64,000 nt of DNA, taken from NCBI GenBank assembly GCA_041917695.1, contig JAYRXE010000037.1, positions 2,155-66,154 on the forward strand. The letters are read 5' to 3'. The DNA comes from Minisyncoccota bacterium (GTDB lineage: Bacteria; Patescibacteriota; Minisyncoccia; UBA6257; GWB1-50-10). The position numbers were made by a program, and so were the translations under genes. This document shows positions 60,681 through 64,000 of the stretch, one piece after another. Position 1 is the stretch's first letter. Each line of letters begins with the position of its first letter. The notes below the pieces were generated by a model, which did no database searches, had not been told where the DNA came from, and saw only the letters and a list, made by a program, of their open reading frames with translations.

Positions 60681-61358
60681 TTAGGGTACGAGCACCGTTT
60701 CGACGCCCGATTCGCCGACCATAACGCATGAGCTCGGCTGGTGTATCCACACCCCGGTGTTCCAGTACGATACGCCGTTTTCCGTGAGTTCATACGGGAA
60801 ATGCGTATGGCCGCAGAAGACGCGGGTTGAGCCCCGGGCGCGCGCTTTCGCGATGGCGTTCACTGCCACGTGGTGCGAGAATTTCCGCCACAGGCCGAAT
60901 TTTTTCTGCGTGAAGGTGATGAGTTTGTCCGCGATGATGATGAGCGGCGTGAGGCCGTAATAAAAGAAGAAGATGGCTTCGTTCACGATTTGGAACGGGG
61001 TGAAGGGCGTTTCAAATTCATCCCCGTGGAAGGCGAGGTGTTTTTCTCCGCGGTATTCCCATTCGTATTCATGGATGACGGGGATGCCGAGGAAAGGGGA
61101 GAGGTGCGAAAGCTCGCGATCGTGGTTTCCCGTGATCCACACCACCTCTTTCCCGCTTTCGTGGATTTCGCGGATGCGCGCGAGAAATTCGTAATCTTCG
61201 AAACGAAGTTTCCGCAGATTCATCGAGTGGAGCACGTCCCCGAGGAGGATAAGCCGCGAGAATCCCGTTTCGGCGATGAGCTTCGTGAGCTCCGCGACAC
61301 GCGCCGTGCGCAAGCCGAGATGGATATCCGAAACGATGAGGGTATCGACGTTAATCAT
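60681..61358 (-). CDS. calcineurin-like metallophosphoesterase (LpxH-like)
   Basis: VSDIHLG, LGDVLH, GNHD and GHTH motifs. Confidence 0.75.
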   Translation of the reverse strand: MINVDTLIVSDIHLGLRTARVAELTKLIAETGFSRLILLGDVLHSMNLRKLRFEDYEFLARIREIHESGKEVVWITGNHDRELSHLSPFLGIPVIHEYEWEYRGEKHLAFHGDEFETPFTPFQIVNEAIFFFYYGLTPLIIIADKLITFTQKKFGLWRKFSHHVAVNAIAKARARGSTRVFCGHTHFPYELTENGVSYWNTGVWIHQPSSCVMVGESGVETVLVP

Positions 61359-62250
61359 AGTTTCCGAGAAGCAAGATGCCGAAGATCATCGCGGTGAAGA
61401 GCAGGGTCTTTTTCATGATCGCTCCGCCGCCCGTATGCTCGTGGAAGATGCGCGGGAAACGGCGCTTCAAAAGCCCGCCGAAAAGCAGAATGAAAAACGG
61501 TGAAGCCATCGCGATGCTTTTTACGATAGTGACCGGCGCAAGCGTGATGGCGTACGCTTCCGCGGAAAAGGCGAGGAAGGTGAAGAGCTCTTCAAAGGCG
61601 AGGACGGGAATGAGTGCGCGAACGGCACGGTGTCTCCCCGAGAGATCTTTCCGTACGGCAGGGAAGAGGATGAGCGGTAGGGCAAAAAGGGTAGAAACGA
61701 TGAGCTCGCCCCCGACTGCCGTCGAGTAGTTCACGCCGTGATTAAAGAGGTATTTGAGAAGCACGCCTTCAAACGAAAGCATGAAGGCGGCAAGGCCGAT
61801 ATACCAAAACGATTTGCTGAAGAGGAGTTTTGCGTGGCGCTTGTGGAAGCTCAGAAGGACGCTGGAAATGATGATGAGCGCGACGCCTACGTATTGGGCG
61901 GGGGAGAGCACTTCGCCGACGATGAGGAAGGCGAGAATAGGGATGAATATCCTGCCGATGCCGAAGAACGCGGAGACGACCGACGTATCGTCGTTTTGGA
62001 GGCCTTTATAGTACGGATAGAGGTAGCCGAAATTGATGAAGCCGAGAACGAGGATGATGGGGATGAGGCTTGCGCTCGGCATCACCGGGCGTTCGGCGTA
62101 GAAAAGCACGGGCAGGAAAAGCAGGTTGAAGAGCGACGCGTAAAAGACGATAGTCCAGGGATTTTTAAAAAGCCTGTTTGAAAGGTAATTGTCGACTATC
62201 TCGGCGACCGCGTAGAGCGCGGGAGCCGCAAATGCGAAGAAAAGCCACAT
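61351..62250 (-). CDS. DMT superfamily (EamA-like) transporter
   Basis: 10-TM ORF with two EamA-like repeats. It overlaps the downstream gene by 8 nt. Confidence 0.65.
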   Translation of the reverse strand: MWLFFAFAAPALYAVAEIVDNYLSNRLFKNPWTIVFYASLFNLLFLPVLFYAERPVMPSASLIPIILVLGFINFGYLYPYYKGLQNDDTSVVSAFFGIGRIFIPILAFLIVGEVLSPAQYVGVALIIISSVLLSFHKRHAKLLFSKSFWYIGLAAFMLSFEGVLLKYLFNHGVNYSTAVGGELIVSTLFALPLILFPAVRKDLSGRHRAVRALIPVLAFEELFTFLAFSAEAYAITLAPVTIVKSIAMASPFFILLFGGLLKRRFPRIFHEHTGGGAIMKKTLLFTAMIFGILLLGNYD

Positions 62251-62289
62251 GGTGGGAGTATACCTTAACCGGCTTTCTTCGGGGAAGCC

Positions 62290-62655
62290 TTACGCAACGA
62301 GAATGGCGAGCAAGACAAGCGCAAAGAGCACGAGCCAGCCGACGGTCCAAAAGAAAAGAGTAAACGCGTGCTTCTTTGCCCCGTCGAGATAAAGCATGAT
62401 GGGCTTGCCGAGGACGAGCGCCCCCGTGACGGAAGCGGAGATGACGAAAACGATGAGCATCAATATCGGTCCGAGCATGTTTTTCTCGGGAACGATGTGC
62501 TCCAGGTTCGACATCAAAAGAACGAGTAGCGCGATGTACGCGGCGACGCCGACGGCGCTTATAAGGCTCCGCGACGCATGGTCTGATGTTTTCATGGTTT
62601 TATTATACGCTTCAAGACGTTTTCCGAATCGGAAGGAAATTTTGACAAATTTCAT
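62290..62655 (-). CDS. small hypothetical membrane protein
   Basis: Three TM helices. The internal ATG (MKTSDH, about 62595) is a plausible start. Confidence 0.4.
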   Translation of the reverse strand: MKFVKISFRFGKRLEAYNKTMKTSDHASRSLISAVGVAAYIALLVLLMSNLEHIVPEKNMLGPILMLIVFVISASVTGALVLGKPIMLYLDGAKKHAFTLFFWTVGWLVLFALVLLAILVA

Positions 62656-62706
62656 TTTTTATTATTAAACTCATTCCAGTAATTTAACTTTAAAAAGGAG
62701 ATGCTT

Positions 62707-64000
62707 ATGGCATTAAAGAAAAGCCAACTGTGGGAAGCTGCACTTCGCGTTTCCCGCATCACCATCCAAAATCGCGGAAGGGGGCTTCTATACAGTTCGT
62801 TAGTCGCCCTTCAATGTTTTCGGTATTCCGTCCGCTATGTGTTTTTCAAGCTTTTCTCGGGATTTCCCAGGATGAAGCGATTCCTCATGCGCCGCGTCAT
62901 TTCCCGTTCATTTTTGGAAAACAGAATGATTGGGTTGATGCGCGACCTTGGGCAGGAGCCGAAGGCGCTTTTTTTGGATGATGCCATTTTGCAGGACTTG
63001 GTAGTGCTTGCAGATGACGGCGGAGACGAAGTTTTCCGCCGGGCGATTTTTGGCGCGTTGTCCCAATTGAACGGCGATCCGCAGCAGGCGTTTGATTTTT
63101 TAACCCGCATGCTCAAAGAAGCCGGCAAGGTGTTGCCTCCTGAGCTTTTGAAGGGCGGCTTTTATGGGAAAGTCATCCGTACCGTTGCCGGAGTTGTAGG
63201 CTACTGCTATTACCAGGATAAAAAGTATCCGCTTATGCGCGCGGTTGAGATAGGCTGCTCGTTCGGCTTCCTCTATTTGTACGATGAAGCATTGGATACA
63301 CCAGGACTCGTTTCTCGCGGAGAGATGGCATGGATGAAAAGAATGGTAGCCGCATTTATGCGAAACGACGCGGATTTCTTCAAAAAAGAAATCCCACCGG
63401 GTGATTTTTCCCGCATTCTTGTGAACGCCGCTTTGCGTTTGGCTAAACTCTGCCCCCGTTCGCAGTATCCCGACTTCTATACGTGCCTTGCCGTCCTCGC
63501 TGAAGCCCAGGAAGCCGAGTTTTCCGAAAAGAATTCAGGCAACCTTGAGCGTATGTATTCGCTTGTAGCGATTAAGTCGGCAATGACGCGTCTTATTCCT
63601 GCGGCACTGGTGGGATGGGGAATCACTGAGCGGTATGTGCATTACACGATGACCATCGGGCTGGCGAATCAGATATTGGATGATTTGCGGGATATGCCTG
63701 AAGACGTGAAAAATTCCACGCCGACCCCATTTGTGAAATATCTCAGGGGAGAAATCAAAGCCCATCCGCTTGAGATGTATTTCAGCGCTATTGAGCTTTC
63801 GCTCGGGTATTTCTCCCGAAGCCGCTTGCTCATACGCTTCCTGTGGTCGGTGCGCATGACGCACATCTTGAGAGTGCTTGCGCTCAAGGCGAGTGAGGCG
63901 GGTTTCAATCCGCCCCTGGGAGCCTTTTGGGGCGCATACACCGCCATCCTTCGCGTGCAGGATAAGGTGATTGTCGATGTTGAAATGCGCTTGGCGCGAA
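62707..64000 (+). CDS. hypothetical protein, 3'-truncated by window end (alpha-helical, Asp-rich motifs; isoprenoid-synthase-like fold suspected)
   Basis: ATG at 62707 with an AAAGGAG RBS, and an open frame to the window end (431 aa or more). It is not in the ORF track because it has no stop. Motifs LYLYDEALD and ILDDLRDMPED. Confidence 0.55.
   Translation, partial: MALKKSQLWEAALRVSRITIQNRGRGLLYSSLVALQCFRYSVRYVFFKLFSGFPRMKRFLMRRVISRSFLENRMIGLMRDLGQEPKALFLDDAILQDLVVLADDGGDEVFRRAIFGALSQLNGDPQQAFDFLTRMLKEAGKVLPPELLKGGFYGKVIRTVAGVVGYCYYQDKKYPLMRAVEIGCSFGFLYLYDEALDTPGLVSRGEMAWMKRMVAAFMRNDADFFKKEIPPGDFSRILVNAALRLAKLCPRSQYPDFYTCLAVLAEAQEAEFSEKNSGNLERMYSLVAIKSAMTRLIPAALVGWGITERYVHYTMTIGLANQILDDLRDMPEDVKNSTPTPFVKYLRGEIKAHPLEMYFSAIELSLGYFSRSRLLIRFLWSVRMTHILRVLALKASEAGFNPPLGAFWGAYTAILRVQDKVIVDVEMRLAR

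Noticed and set aside
1-64000. CRISPR arrays, retrons, DGRs, transposases and restriction-modification genes.
   Set aside because: No regularly spaced direct repeats, reverse transcriptase, Cas, transposase or methyltransferase signatures were found on either strand.

Overview
This is a high-GC (about 58%) bacterial chromosomal window that begins at the replication origin. rpmH, a 10-codon partial rnpA, dnaA, a DnaA-box cluster and dnaN sit at the start. Housekeeping genes are packed tightly, with many 1-4 nt overlaps. They include PBP1A, ruvC, polA, tsaE, ruvB, pilB/gspE, holA, rpsT, ruvA, murB, a uracil-DNA glycosylase, infC-rpmI-rplT, two ECF sigma/anti-sigma modules, smpB, tmRNA, argS, ileS, RNase J, RNase Y, HU, secG, recG, the CCA-adding enzyme and dut. 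Seven tRNAs and a tmRNA are present. Several AT-rich islets with near-consensus sigma70 promoters encode small secreted or membrane proteins. The most unusual feature is a family of structured, non-coding modules of about 130-190 bp. They are fused to the 3' ends of tRNA-Pro (two copies), tRNA-Lys and tmRNA, and each ends in a CGTGAAATTCCC-like motif followed by a copy of the host RNA's acceptor 3' strand. The two tRNA-Pro copies form a roughly 260 bp inverted repeat that brackets a 6.9 kb segment carrying recG, tRNA-Lys, tRNA-Arg, cca and dut. Other notable items are an IleRS with an embedded histidine-phosphatase (RHG) domain, a membrane-anchored ClpB-like ATPase with a degenerate D1 ring and a co-translated membrane partner, a low-GC GIY-YIG nuclease gene between ssrA and smpB, a stand-alone RNAP alpha-CTD-like protein, and a promoter/terminator-bounded candidate sRNA. 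No CRISPR array, reverse transcriptase, integrase or transposase was seen. RNA-gene coordinates are accurate to about +/-2 nt, anchored on ORF-track stops and starts.
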